In this document: piece after piece, positions 34,487-43,917 of the stretch
How the letters are laid out: every line of letters begins with the position of its first letter
Numbering within the stretch: the stretch's first letter is position 1
Assembly: GCA_028355015.1 (NCBI GenBank)
Contig: JAOMRN010000001.1
Location: 193,229-257,228, forward strand
DNA: 64,000 bases
Direction of reading: 5' to 3'
Source of the DNA: Methanobacteriota archaeon
GTDB taxonomy: Archaea > Thermoplasmatota > Poseidoniia > Poseidoniales > Thalassarchaeaceae
The notes under the pieces: generated by a model
Databases searched by the model: none
The model's input: only the letters and a program-made list of their open reading frames with translations
What the model was told of the DNA's origin: nothing
Position numbers and translations under genes: made by a program

Positions 34487-36037
34487 ATGACGCGGGTATC
34501 GCCGAGTGATAATTTGGATAATTTTCGTCAACTTGCAAATAGTCCCGGCGATAGGATATCGGTACAAAATCTAAGAAAATCTGGTCGAATGACTGCTAGA
34601 GAAAGGATTCATGCTTTAATTGACTCGGACTCATTTGTTGAGATTGATGCTTTTGTTCAGCATCGTTCCGGTGACCATAATTTACACCTTCATCGTCCTT
34701 TTGGTGATGGAGTAGTTGCTGGACACGGTATGCTTGACGGCCGAAGAATAGTGTGTTTTGCTCAGGATTATTCAATATTCGAAGGGACAATGGGTGAGAT
34801 GCATGCTAAAAAAATAGCAAAGATAGCAGAATTCGCGGAAAAATCTCAGTTGCCTATTGTAGGTATTTGGGATGGTGATGGTCAACGTGCTTACGAAGGA
34901 GTTCCCGCTTTAGGTGCTACAGGAGAATTACTTGATATTCTCGTAGCATGTTCTGGCCGCATACCGATAATTTCGCTAGTTCTTGGCACTGTTTCAGGAG
35001 TCAGTGCCTTGGCGGCTGTTTTGTCTGATTTTGTCATACTTGGTTCGGAGCATGGGCAGATGTTTATGCGCAGTCCGTATTTCATTCCAGAGGTTATTAG
35101 TGGAGAAATCGATGAACAAACACTTGGTGATGCTGAGTCTCATGCAAGCCGTAGTGGAGTTGCGTGCTTAGTTGCTGATGATGAACACGATGCAATAAAT
35201 ATTGCAGCAGAAATACTAGGTTACTTACCAGACCATACTTTAGCCGAATCATTTAATGTTAATTCAGGCGATCCATGGGACCGTAGATGTAAGAAATTAG
35301 AGAAGATAGTTCCATCTGACTCCAACAAACCCTATGATATGTTGGAAGTAATAAGAGAAGTCGTCGATGAACAACGATTTTTAGAGCTATTTCCATCTTA
35401 TGCTGATAATATTTTAGTTGGCTTTGCCCGCCTTGATGGGCAGTCGGTTGGTATTGTTGCTAATCAGCCAAAAGTATTAGCAGGTTGTTTAGATATCGAT
35501 GCCTCTGTTAAATCTGCCAGATTCATTAGAACTTGTGATGCATTCAATATACCTGTAATTACATTTGTTGATGTGCCAGGTTTTCTTCCAGGAACCGTTC
35601 AAGAATGGGGGGGAATTATTCGTCATGGTGCTAAGATGCTCTATGCTTATGCTGAAGCAACAATTCCTAAACTTACAGTAGTGACTAGGAAAGCATATGG
35701 CGGTGCTTACTTAGCTATGTCATGCAAACACCTTGGTTCCGATTACAATATATCTTGGCCCACTGGTGAATTAGCAGTAATGGGCGCAGATGGTGCTGTG
35801 AATATCATTCATCGTCGTGAACTGGAGCAATCAGATAATAGATTTGATACTCATTCTGAACTTGTCGACGAGTATAGAAATAAATTTGGAGACCCATATG
35901 TTGCGGCGAAAAATGGCTGGTTAGATGATGTAATTGAACCAGCAGATACTAGAAAAATGTTGATACAAGCATTGAGGCCGCTCAAAACAAAGAGGGAATG
36001 GGTGCCACCTAAGAAACATGGGAATATCCCGCTCTAA
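34487..36037 (+). CDS. Acyl-CoA carboxylase carboxyltransferase (beta) subunit (propionyl-CoA carboxylase beta / methylmalonyl-CoA decarboxylase alpha family)
   Basis: GRMTARERIHALIDSDSFVEID, FAQDYSIFEGTMGEMHAKK, GFLPGTVQEWGGIIRHGAKMLYAY, RKAYGGAYLAM. The track start at 34433 is TTG and overlaps the gatD stop; ATG at 34487. Confidence 0.88.
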   Translation: MTRVSPSDNLDNFRQLANSPGDRISVQNLRKSGRMTARERIHALIDSDSFVEIDAFVQHRSGDHNLHLHRPFGDGVVAGHGMLDGRRIVCFAQDYSIFEGTMGEMHAKKIAKIAEFAEKSQLPIVGIWDGDGQRAYEGVPALGATGELLDILVACSGRIPIISLVLGTVSGVSALAAVLSDFVILGSEHGQMFMRSPYFIPEVISGEIDEQTLGDAESHASRSGVACLVADDEHDAINIAAEILGYLPDHTLAESFNVNSGDPWDRRCKKLEKIVPSDSNKPYDMLEVIREVVDEQRFLELFPSYADNILVGFARLDGQSVGIVANQPKVLAGCLDIDASVKSARFIRTCDAFNIPVITFVDVPGFLPGTVQEWGGIIRHGAKMLYAYAEATIPKLTVVTRKAYGGAYLAMSCKHLGSDYNISWPTGELAVMGADGAVNIIHRRELEQSDNRFDTHSELVDEYRNKFGDPYVAAKNGWLDDVIEPADTRKMLIQALRPLKTKREWVPPKKHGNIPL

Positions 36038-36765
36038 TCAAACAGTTTTTCTAAAATGTAACTCAAATTAGGTAATTTTTCTATATTCTCATAGAGAAAA
36101 AATCGTTTCCATGCCTCTAAATGCTGAGATGCAAGCATAATTACTGCAAAATCATCTATTTTAGAATATTCATTATATGATATTGAAACATCCATCTTTT
36201 CTTTAATTGTTTGACTTTCTTCTCCACCCGGATTGACATCTAAATCGACTGAAATATCAGCTTCTCCATTTTCAATTATAGATATATCCCATGGTCCAGA
36301 GACTAATTTTCTTCTTCCATTAACTGGAATAATCTCTCCTCCTGATTCAGACCATGCTGCAACAATAGAGCGAGCAGTAGACCCTCCTCCTCTGATTTTT
36401 AAAATTGATTTACTTGGATTTATCCCTATATATTTCGCAGCTTCTACGAAACCATAACCGTCAGTATTGATCCCATTCCATACTCCATTGGTTCTCATTA
36501 ATTGATTGATAGAATTAATTTCTCCTTCGTCAGATATTCCTAATAATTCTCCTATTATATGTTTCAGTGGTGAGGTAATAGATATCCATAAGTCTCCATT
36601 TAATTCTTCAATATTTCTTTTGAATTCTTCAGAGTTATTTGCTTCTAAAAACACAGGTCTAACTTCGTCTATCTCAAGTGCATTTCCCACTATTTCGAAT
36701 AGTCTTGGAGTCAAAGAATGAGAGATAGGGAAACCTGAGATGCCCCAATAGGCGGGTGTCTTCAC
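36034..36765 (-). CDS. aroE: Shikimate dehydrogenase-like protein (short form)
   Basis: GISGFPISHSLTPRLF, ISITSPLK, GINTDGYGF, RGGGSTARS. Confidence 0.7.
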   Translation of the reverse strand: MKTPAYWGISGFPISHSLTPRLFEIVGNALEIDEVRPVFLEANNSEEFKRNIEELNGDLWISITSPLKHIIGELLGISDEGEINSINQLMRTNGVWNGINTDGYGFVEAAKYIGINPSKSILKIRGGGSTARSIVAAWSESGGEIIPVNGRRKLVSGPWDISIIENGEADISVDLDVNPGGEESQTIKEKMDVSISYNEYSKIDDFAVIMLASQHLEAWKRFFLYENIEKLPNLSYILEKLFD

Positions 36766-36827
36766 ATGACCTCCTACGAATTGTTAGCAATGAAGGTTTC
36801 AAGTGAGTAGTTCGACCGGAAAGCCTG

Positions 36828-38543
36828 ATGGACAGTGATTTGGATATCGCCCGCAGGGCAGAACCTAGGCCTATAGAAGAGATTGCCGCGAAGCTCGGAC
36901 TTTCTACTGATGACTTGATTATGCAGGGCCCAACTATTGCTAAAATTAAGTGGGATACTATGAAATCTAAGTCCTCCGATAAGCAAGGTTTCTTGATTCT
37001 TGTCACTTCTGTTAATCCGACCCCATTCGGAGAAGGAAAAACAGTTACTACAATAGGTTTGAATCAAGGTTTAAATCGCCGAGGCCACAAAGCTTCTTGT
37101 GTAATTAGAGAGCCGTCAATGGGTCCTGTTTTTGGAATTAAAGGAGGTGCTGCTGGTGGTGGTTTTTCTCAAGTAATTCCTATGGAACAAATCAACTTAC
37201 ATTTCACAGGAGATTTACATGCCGTAACATCTGCGCACAATCTTTGTTCTGCCATTCTCGATAATTATTTGCACAGAGATAATGAACTAGATATTGATAC
37301 AAATCGTATTTTCTGGCCACGAGTTATTGATATGAATGATCGTTCATTAAGAGAAGTGACAATTGGTTTAGGTGGTAAAATGAATGGTCTTGTTAGAACT
37401 GATAGATTTGATATTACAGCTGCGAGCGAAGTAATGGCAATCCTTTCTTTGTCTAGTGATTATTCTGATTTACGTGCTCGTTTAGGTCGAATTATTATCG
37501 CGGAATCAAAGTCAGGGAAACCTGTAACCGCGGAAGATATTGGCGCAGCTGGATCTATGGCTTTACTACTAAGGGATGCTCTTTTGCCAAATCTAGTCCA
37601 GACTTTAGAAGGTGACCCCGCCTTTGTTCATTGCGGACCTTTTGCAAACATTGCTCATGGTAATTCTTCGATTATCGCAGATTCTCTAGCCTTATCGTGT
37701 TCAGATTATGTTGTCACAGAAGCAGGTTTCGGAGCAGATATGGGTGCAGAGAAAGCACTTCATATCAAAGCTCTAGCATCCGGAAAAACTCCCGATTGTG
37801 TCGTAATTAATGTCACAGTTAGGAGTATGAAACTTCATGGAGGAGGGTTTTCAACAGGTGGTGGAAAAAGGCCTCCTAAAGAAGAATTAGAGTCTGAAAA
37901 TGTAGAGGCTACACGCAAGGGTTCCAGTAGTAATCTTCGCCGTCATGTTAGAAATATTTCTATGACAGGGCTTCCAGTAGTGGTGTCAATTAACAAATTC
38001 GCTACAGATACTGATGCTGAAATTAATGCAATTAGTGAAGAGGCCAAATTAGCAGGGGCGAGAGAAGTTGTAATTTTTGAAGGTCATGCTAATGGTGGTG
38101 AAGGTGCAGGTAATCTTGCAGATGCTGTTGTCAACGCCTGTTCAGATCATGATAATGCAGGTAGGCCCTACAAACCGATAGTCGAATCAGGTATGTCCGT
38201 TAGTGAAACTATTTTGAAGATCGCTACAAACGTATACGGTGCTCATACAGTCGATTTCAGCCCACAAGCCCACCATGCTTTCGAGGTCCTTAAAAAATGG
38301 GATATGGATAAACTACCAGTATGTATGGCTAAAACTCAGTATTCATTCAGTCACGAAGCTTCTGAACTTGGAGCACCAACTGGCTTTACTTTACCGATAA
38401 GAGAAATTAGAATAAATGCAGGTGCTGGATTTCTAGTAGCAATTTGTGGTTCAATGATGACCATGCCAGGGCTACCAAGAAGACCCGCAGCTATGGATAT
38501 GGATATGGATGAAGACGGCAACCTACTCGGAGTATTTGGTTGA
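36828..38543 (+). CDS. fhs: Formate--tetrahydrofolate ligase
   Basis: SDLDIARRAEPRPIEEIA, VNPTPFGEGKTVTTIGL, FVHCGPFANIAHG, VTEAGFGADMGAEK. Confidence 0.93.
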   Translation: MDSDLDIARRAEPRPIEEIAAKLGLSTDDLIMQGPTIAKIKWDTMKSKSSDKQGFLILVTSVNPTPFGEGKTVTTIGLNQGLNRRGHKASCVIREPSMGPVFGIKGGAAGGGFSQVIPMEQINLHFTGDLHAVTSAHNLCSAILDNYLHRDNELDIDTNRIFWPRVIDMNDRSLREVTIGLGGKMNGLVRTDRFDITAASEVMAILSLSSDYSDLRARLGRIIIAESKSGKPVTAEDIGAAGSMALLLRDALLPNLVQTLEGDPAFVHCGPFANIAHGNSSIIADSLALSCSDYVVTEAGFGADMGAEKALHIKALASGKTPDCVVINVTVRSMKLHGGGFSTGGGKRPPKEELESENVEATRKGSSSNLRRHVRNISMTGLPVVVSINKFATDTDAEINAISEEAKLAGAREVVIFEGHANGGEGAGNLADAVVNACSDHDNAGRPYKPIVESGMSVSETILKIATNVYGAHTVDFSPQAHHAFEVLKKWDMDKLPVCMAKTQYSFSHEASELGAPTGFTLPIREIRINAGAGFLVAICGSMMTMPGLPRRPAAMDMDMDEDGNLLGVFG

Positions 38544-38555
38544 GGCTGTGATTGT

Positions 38556-39614
38556 GTGCGACAAATTAAGAAGCTCGATGAAGGAGTTCGTCTAAGGATT
38601 GAATCCGAAGACGATCTATGGGTTCTGGCTCAATTATGCCGCCCACAATCTACTTTGGGTATGCTTTCTCATCGAAGAGACTCAACAACCGGTACGAAAG
38701 AAGATGGTCGTGCTAAAAATGCTGAAAGAAAGCCAATGTGGATAGTTCTTGAAACTGAAAAAACAGAGTTTCAGGCATTTACTGATAATCTTAGAGCACA
38801 TGGTATAATCGTAGATGCTAATTTTGACATAGGCTTACACCATACACATATTATTTCTCCTGGTGACGAGATAGAATTGTCTTTCCCAGGCGGTCTTGTT
38901 AACTCTGACTTGATGCTTCTCAAAGAAACAATCAAATCTGGTTCAAAGGCGAAATCTGGATTGATTGTTGTTGAAAATGATGAGATAATTCTCTTTGAGG
39001 TTACTTCTCACGGTATTCGTGATGTTTCACAATTTAGTATGCGCGGAGGAGGTAAAAGAATCTCTGATTCTACGAGTGTACGCAAAGGTTTTTTTGAGAG
39101 AGTTGCGAAAGAAACTGCGTTAGTATTTACTGAAAAAATACCTTTAGTTATATGCGGGCCAGGTCTTGCAAGAGAGCAATTTGAATCTATTTTAAGATTA
39201 ATAGGTGCTAAAAATCAGATGCTGAACATTGCTGCATCAATAGGAGGTCGTCCCGCAGCTAATGAAGTACTTTCTGAAGGATTGGCTGATTCATTTTTGG
39301 GAGAACACGCTCTCGTATCCCAGATTAAAACAATAGAGGAAGGGTTGAAGAGAATTTCAACAAACGGGGCGGTATCTTATGGGTTAAGATTTATTTCTGA
39401 GGCTGCTGATGCCGGCGCTATCGAAGTACTCGCAATTGATGCTCAATTACTTCGGAGTCTAGATTCAGAAATTAGGAAGTCATGGGAATCAATTTCAGAA
39501 ACGGTTATTTTATCTAAGGGCCGTGTGGTTCAAGTATCTCAAGATCATGATTCTGCTCAGCAACTGATGGGATTAGGTGGAGCTTTGGCTCTACTTAGAT
39601 GGAAAATGGATTGA
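38556..39614 (+). CDS. pelA: Pelota (archaeal Dom34-like mRNA surveillance / ribosome rescue factor)
   Basis: RLRIESEDDLWVLAQL, plus a central and C-terminal eRF1-like layout (VICGPGLAREQF..). GTG start. Confidence 0.8.
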   Translation: MRQIKKLDEGVRLRIESEDDLWVLAQLCRPQSTLGMLSHRRDSTTGTKEDGRAKNAERKPMWIVLETEKTEFQAFTDNLRAHGIIVDANFDIGLHHTHIISPGDEIELSFPGGLVNSDLMLLKETIKSGSKAKSGLIVVENDEIILFEVTSHGIRDVSQFSMRGGGKRISDSTSVRKGFFERVAKETALVFTEKIPLVICGPGLAREQFESILRLIGAKNQMLNIAASIGGRPAANEVLSEGLADSFLGEHALVSQIKTIEEGLKRISTNGAVSYGLRFISEAADAGAIEVLAIDAQLLRSLDSEIRKSWESISETVILSKGRVVQVSQDHDSAQQLMGLGGALALLRWKMD

Positions 39615-39619
39615 TTACA

Positions 39620-40270
39620 ATGTCTATCTCTGATATCCAAATAGTTGCTTTCGGTAATCCCTTAAAAAACGATAATTCATACGATCTTTTATCAAAATCT
39701 AAATTATTAGGTGCCAAAACAAATTTCTTGACCTGTAAAGATAATGAGTCTTTTTCGAGTTTTAATCATGGAGTTATAGATTGGAGAAAGATGACAAATG
39801 GTATTCACTGGCTTGTAAATTCTACTGAAACTATACTTTCTGGTATATCTCCTAAATCAGCCTTAGGTGCTGGTATGACCTTTGGGGAATTAGAAGGTGC
39901 CCGGATGGTCATGGTGGTTGATGTGCCAGATGATCCTGAGGATATGGTCAAAGCTTGGGGTTTTGTTATTAATAGGATACGTCAAATCCATGTTCTTTTT
40001 CTAACTTCAGAGGCATTATTTGCTATATCAAAATTAGAAGGAGTTGAAGTTGGAGATTTACTTAAAGAAATACGGAATAGAGGATTAGTGCCTCACGTGT
40101 GTAGTTATATTACCGATGAACGAAGGGCTCTTGTTGAACATTCGCTAGGTTCAATTAATGTGGTGACTAATGATACTCTTGAACCATTAGAATGGCTTGC
40201 AAGATTCATTTGTAATCTTCCGCTCTCTGAATCAGGTAATTTAGGTGTGAAAAGCGCTTGTTTGAGTTAA
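39620..40270 (+). CDS. Hypothetical protein; possibly a degenerate ribokinase/PfkB-like fold
   Basis: The ORF immediately follows pelota (ATG 5 nt after its stop; the longer track ORF starting at 39599 would overlap it). There is only weak pattern resemblance and no GAGD-type motif. Confidence 0.4.
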   Translation: MSISDIQIVAFGNPLKNDNSYDLLSKSKLLGAKTNFLTCKDNESFSSFNHGVIDWRKMTNGIHWLVNSTETILSGISPKSALGAGMTFGELEGARMVMVVDVPDDPEDMVKAWGFVINRIRQIHVLFLTSEALFAISKLEGVEVGDLLKEIRNRGLVPHVCSYITDERRALVEHSLGSINVVTNDTLEPLEWLARFICNLPLSESGNLGVKSACLS

Positions 40271-40383
40271 TATTAACGTTTAGTAATTAAATCCCAGTTA
40301 TCTTTCTTAACTTTAAAAGGGACTATTAGCAACAATCCCTTTTGAAGGGTCACCCTTTCGGCCAACCCTCGGGGGATGTAAGT

Positions 40384-41502
40384 ATGCCACTACGATTAGG
40401 TCCGGCAGGTGTGCCATTATCATGTAAAGGGCGAACTATTGTCGAGGGAATGGACGATATTACTGTCCTTGGATTAGATGCAATGGAGATACAAACTGTA
40501 CGTACAGTTCAGCCTAAACATTTTGATCAATATTGGCAAGCAGGTATACTTTCATGGGACTCAGATATTGAGATGAATATGCATGGTCCATATTATGCGG
40601 AACTTCTCGGTAATCGCCGTGAACGTAATCGAAGCCTATTGAAAATGGAATCGAGTATGCAAGCAGGAAAAATCTTGAATGCACGCCATTTGACTTATCA
40701 TGTAGGGCCATATGGCGATTATGAGCCTGGTACAAGTGCCAATGAGCAAGTTGCCAATGTGTTTTCAGGGGTTGTTGACAGAGTAAGATCAATTTGGGGA
40801 GTTGCTAAAGAAGAGTTAGACTATGCAGCATTTCCTTGGATACATGAATCTGAACCTTCTCTCGTGGGTATTGAAACCTCTGGTCGTCAAGAATTATGGG
40901 GGACTATAGAAGAAGTTCTTGAAGTTTGTAATCACGTTGAAGGGACGGTTCCAGTAATCAATATGGCACATATTCATGCACGAGGGCACGGGAAGATGAA
41001 GACGAGCGAAGACTATGCCGAACTATTTGATTTAGTTAGAGAAAGTTATGGTGGTAAGAAATTCTACTGCCATTTTGCTGGAGTTGAACATAGAATGGGT
41101 AATGCATTACACTATACTCAAATCAAAAAGTCAGATCTTAAATTTGAGCCATTTGCAGAATATCTAGCGGAAGAAGGGGACTGGTTGGATATAACGATAA
41201 TTTCAGATTCACCTTTACTTGAACATGATGCTATGTATATGTTACAGCATTATGACAAAGCAAGACAGAGGTTGTTGGAAATTCGAGCACGTGACGAACG
41301 ACAAGTTAAGTTAGCTCGGCAAGCAGGTATGTCAGATGATGAATTAGCCGAATTTGAAAGGCAAGCTGCTGAGGAGAAATCTAAAGAAGCAGAAAAAGAA
41401 TCTGAATTAAAAGAGCCTGCTAAGAAAAAAATATCCAAGAAAGTAGATACTAGTTCTATGATTTCTTTCGAAGATGCCGATGATGAGGATGATCTTTTCT
41501 GA
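40384..41502 (+). CDS. Endonuclease IV / xylose-isomerase-like TIM-barrel protein with a Lys/Glu-rich C-terminal tail
   Basis: LTYHVGPYG, VGIETSGRQELWGTIEEVLEVC and VINMAHIHARGHG resemble the Endo IV metal-binding strands. The track start at 40342 is TTG and lies inside a structured leader, so I prefer the ATG at 40384. Confidence 0.5.
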   Translation: MPLRLGPAGVPLSCKGRTIVEGMDDITVLGLDAMEIQTVRTVQPKHFDQYWQAGILSWDSDIEMNMHGPYYAELLGNRRERNRSLLKMESSMQAGKILNARHLTYHVGPYGDYEPGTSANEQVANVFSGVVDRVRSIWGVAKEELDYAAFPWIHESEPSLVGIETSGRQELWGTIEEVLEVCNHVEGTVPVINMAHIHARGHGKMKTSEDYAELFDLVRESYGGKKFYCHFAGVEHRMGNALHYTQIKKSDLKFEPFAEYLAEEGDWLDITIISDSPLLEHDAMYMLQHYDKARQRLLEIRARDERQVKLARQAGMSDDELAEFERQAAEEKSKEAEKESELKEPAKKKISKKVDTSSMISFEDADDEDDLF

Positions 41503-41511
41503 GACATTAAA

Positions 41512-42078
41512 TTATTCAATATGGCTCCTTACTAATGCCGAACATGGCATTTTTGGGGGGTCACTAAATCCAAAATTAGCCTTAGGATGAAATTTGGTAT
41601 ATCCTCCTAAATTCTTCTTCTTGAACTCTGCCTTCGCTAAAGTTAATTTCGATAATCTATCTACTGCATACCACTCTCTTCTTCCATTTTTTGTTTTGCC
41701 ATATGTTTTTGTTCCAAAAATAAGCCATCCAAAGAAATATTCGATACTTGCAACAAACCACAAAGGTCTTTTCTTAATTAAGAATGAAACTCCTTTGCTC
41801 CATTCGAAATGACAATTCAAATCTTTAGTCTGTACTTTCATCATACTTCCGCTATGTTCTATTTTTAGATCTTCAATTTTGATGATGTCAAAGTCGTAAA
41901 GAGAGGAAATATAATTTGCAATCTTTTCATTAGGAGCAATGAGAACTTTTGATCCATCTGGTTTTGCCCACATTATATCTGAGAAACTACCAAATGGAGT
42001 ATTCCTCCAAGTTCCAACAACTATCCTATCTCCTGATGAGAAACCACATGATGTTATGCGCCCTTCAAAAATATCCAT
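41512..42078 (-). CDS. Hypothetical protein (188 aa)
   Basis: Clean ORF with no recognised motif. Confidence 0.5.
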   Translation of the reverse strand: MDIFEGRITSCGFSSGDRIVVGTWRNTPFGSFSDIMWAKPDGSKVLIAPNEKIANYISSLYDFDIIKIEDLKIEHSGSMMKVQTKDLNCHFEWSKGVSFLIKKRPLWFVASIEYFFGWLIFGTKTYGKTKNGRREWYAVDRLSKLTLAKAEFKKKNLGGYTKFHPKANFGFSDPPKMPCSALVRSHIE

Positions 42079-42144
42079 ACTCTTTCGTGGAAACTTTAGT
42101 TAATGAAATACTGTATAATACTACACGTCAATTTAGTAGGTTGC

Positions 42145-42220
42145 TGGTGGGACTGGCCGGACTTGAACCGGCGGCCTCCGCATCTTCAGTGCGGCGCTCT
42201 CCCAGCTGAGCTACAGTCCC
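42145..42220 (-). tRNA. tRNA-Phe (GAA), CCA encoded
   Basis: The reverse complement folds as GGGACTG-TA-GCTC-AGCTGGGA-GAGC-G-CCGCA-CTGAAGA-TGCGG-AGGCC-GCCGG-TTCAAGT-CCGGC-CAGTCCC-A-CCA. Confidence 0.93.
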
Positions 42221-42267
42221 TTTAGCGTCCATGCCAACGCGCTTTGCTCTTCAATTGTTCCGAGCAC

Positions 42268-43128
42268 TTAATTTGCTTCTGAAAGTACTTTTGTCTGCAT
42301 CTCATGGAGTGCTGCGTTGCCTTTTTCGGCCATATCAAGCAATGCATCGAGTTGTTTACGGGTATATGTTGATTCTTCGCCCGTTCCTTGGACTTCTACA
42401 AACTCTCCGTTACTTGTCATAACAACATTCATGTCAACATCGGCATTACTATCTAAGATATAGTCTAAATCAAGATATATGTCATCGCCTAATAATCCTA
42501 CACTAATTGCTGCTACATTATTACTAATCACTCGATTTTCATGTATAGTTTTCTGCTCTTCAGTTAGTTGGGGTGCTTTCCAACCATTTTTCAAATCTTC
42601 TCGACTTGGTCTCATATCTTTAGGTAAACATTCACCGCTAGAAATTAGTCTGCGAACTGCTAATCTTAGAGCAATACATGCTGCTGTTATTGATGCACAT
42701 CTTGTCCCTCCATCTGCATTAAGAACATCGCAATCTACTGTCAAAGCTAGAGGCCCGAGTTGCTCTAAATCAATCGCCCCTCGTAATGATCGAGCGACTA
42801 ATCTTTCAATTTCTTGCGTTCTTCCTTTCGCTCCGCCTCTTTCTCTACGGAATCTACTATCTGTAGAGCCAGGTAACAAAGAGTATTCTGCGTGAACCCA
42901 GCCTCTACTCGAGTCTCTAGGGAACCATCTTGGCAAACCATCAGCCTTGGTTACACATGCTAAAATAACAGTATTTCCTTGACGGTATAATATAGATGCT
43001 AACGCATTAGGTGTGAAATCTAGAGTCACCTCAATTTCTCTTAATTCATCATGTTCTCTATCTGTTTCGAAATCGCCACTCTTCATCTTAGCCATGGATG
43101 TCCGGCTGAACACCCTCTCATGAATCAT
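42268..43128 (-). CDS. rph: Ribonuclease PH (bacterial-type), with a short N-terminal extension
   Basis: GWVHAEYSLLPGSTDSRFRRE..KGRTQEIERLVARSLRGAIDLEQLG and NADGGTRCASITAACIAL closely parallel bacterial RNase PH. No adjacent Rrp4/Rrp42/Csl4 genes. Confidence 0.85.
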   Translation of the reverse strand: MIHERVFSRTSMAKMKSGDFETDREHDELREIEVTLDFTPNALASILYRQGNTVILACVTKADGLPRWFPRDSSRGWVHAEYSLLPGSTDSRFRRERGGAKGRTQEIERLVARSLRGAIDLEQLGPLALTVDCDVLNADGGTRCASITAACIALRLAVRRLISSGECLPKDMRPSREDLKNGWKAPQLTEEQKTIHENRVISNNVAAISVGLLGDDIYLDLDYILDSNADVDMNVVMTSNGEFVEVQGTGEESTYTRKQLDALLDMAEKGNAALHEMQTKVLSEAN

Positions 43129-43676
43129 TCTCTTCTAGCATGAGCGGGTCTGAATGAATTTATTACCTCTGGATGTGTCGTAATATATGGCCCTCCTATC
43201 AAATCAACACAATACGGAACGGCTGAAAAAAGTTCATCCAAGATTTCTCTAATAGACCTAGGTGAACCGGGCAAATTAATTATTAGACATTCACCTCTAA
43301 TTCCTGCGATTTGTCTGGATAATATGGCCGTTGGGACATATTTTAAGGAGATATTTCGCATTTGTTCGCCAAATCCGGGAAGTATCCTATCGCATATTGC
43401 TTCGGTGGCTTCAGGAGAAACATCTCTTGGTGCAGGGCCAGTCCCTCCCGTGGTGAGGATCACTGAACATTTCTTATTATCTACTAAATCCCGTAACTCA
43501 TTTTCTATTTGTGTTTTTTCATCAGGTACAATTATTCTAACTGTTTCCCAAAGTGAAGATATCGCGTCTTCTAAGAATCCCTCAATTGCAGGTCCACTAA
43601 GGTCTTCATAATCACCAGAACTTGCTCGATCAGATGCTGTTAAAATTCCAAATCTGCACAAACCATCGCCTTCCAT
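43125..43676 (-). CDS. Molybdenum cofactor biosynthesis protein, MogA/MoaB family
   Basis: GILTASDRASSG and ILTTGGTGPAPRDVSPEA. Confidence 0.85.
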   Translation of the reverse strand: MEGDGLCRFGILTASDRASSGDYEDLSGPAIEGFLEDAISSLWETVRIIVPDEKTQIENELRDLVDNKKCSVILTTGGTGPAPRDVSPEATEAICDRILPGFGEQMRNISLKYVPTAILSRQIAGIRGECLIINLPGSPRSIREILDELFSAVPYCVDLIGGPYITTHPEVINSFRPAHARRE

Positions 43677-43867
43677 CGGCCTTCTATAAACAGCAATGAA
43701 TCAAAACGCCATCGGTCCGAATCTTTGACAAACTGATGAACATGTTCAAAGACCTCCACGCTAGCAAAGGTCTCCCGGAGGTTTGCAAGTGTTGAGTCTA
43801 CCCAAACATACACGCCGTTGCTATACTCCATTTTTCCATCAAGAATCTTTCTTGTTGGCATTTGCAT
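43640..43867 (-). CDS. Small hypothetical ORF (75 aa); doubtful
   Basis: Supported only by ORF length. It overlaps the MogA/MoaB start by 37 nt. Confidence 0.25.
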   Translation of the reverse strand: MQMPTRKILDGKMEYSNGVYVWVDSTLANLRETFASVEVFEHVHQFVKDSDRWRFDSLLFIEGRWKAMVCADLEF

Positions 43868-43917
43868 CGGTAGTTAAAGTAGTCTCGCCATTACAATCCT
43901 GATGTAGGTGTAATATT

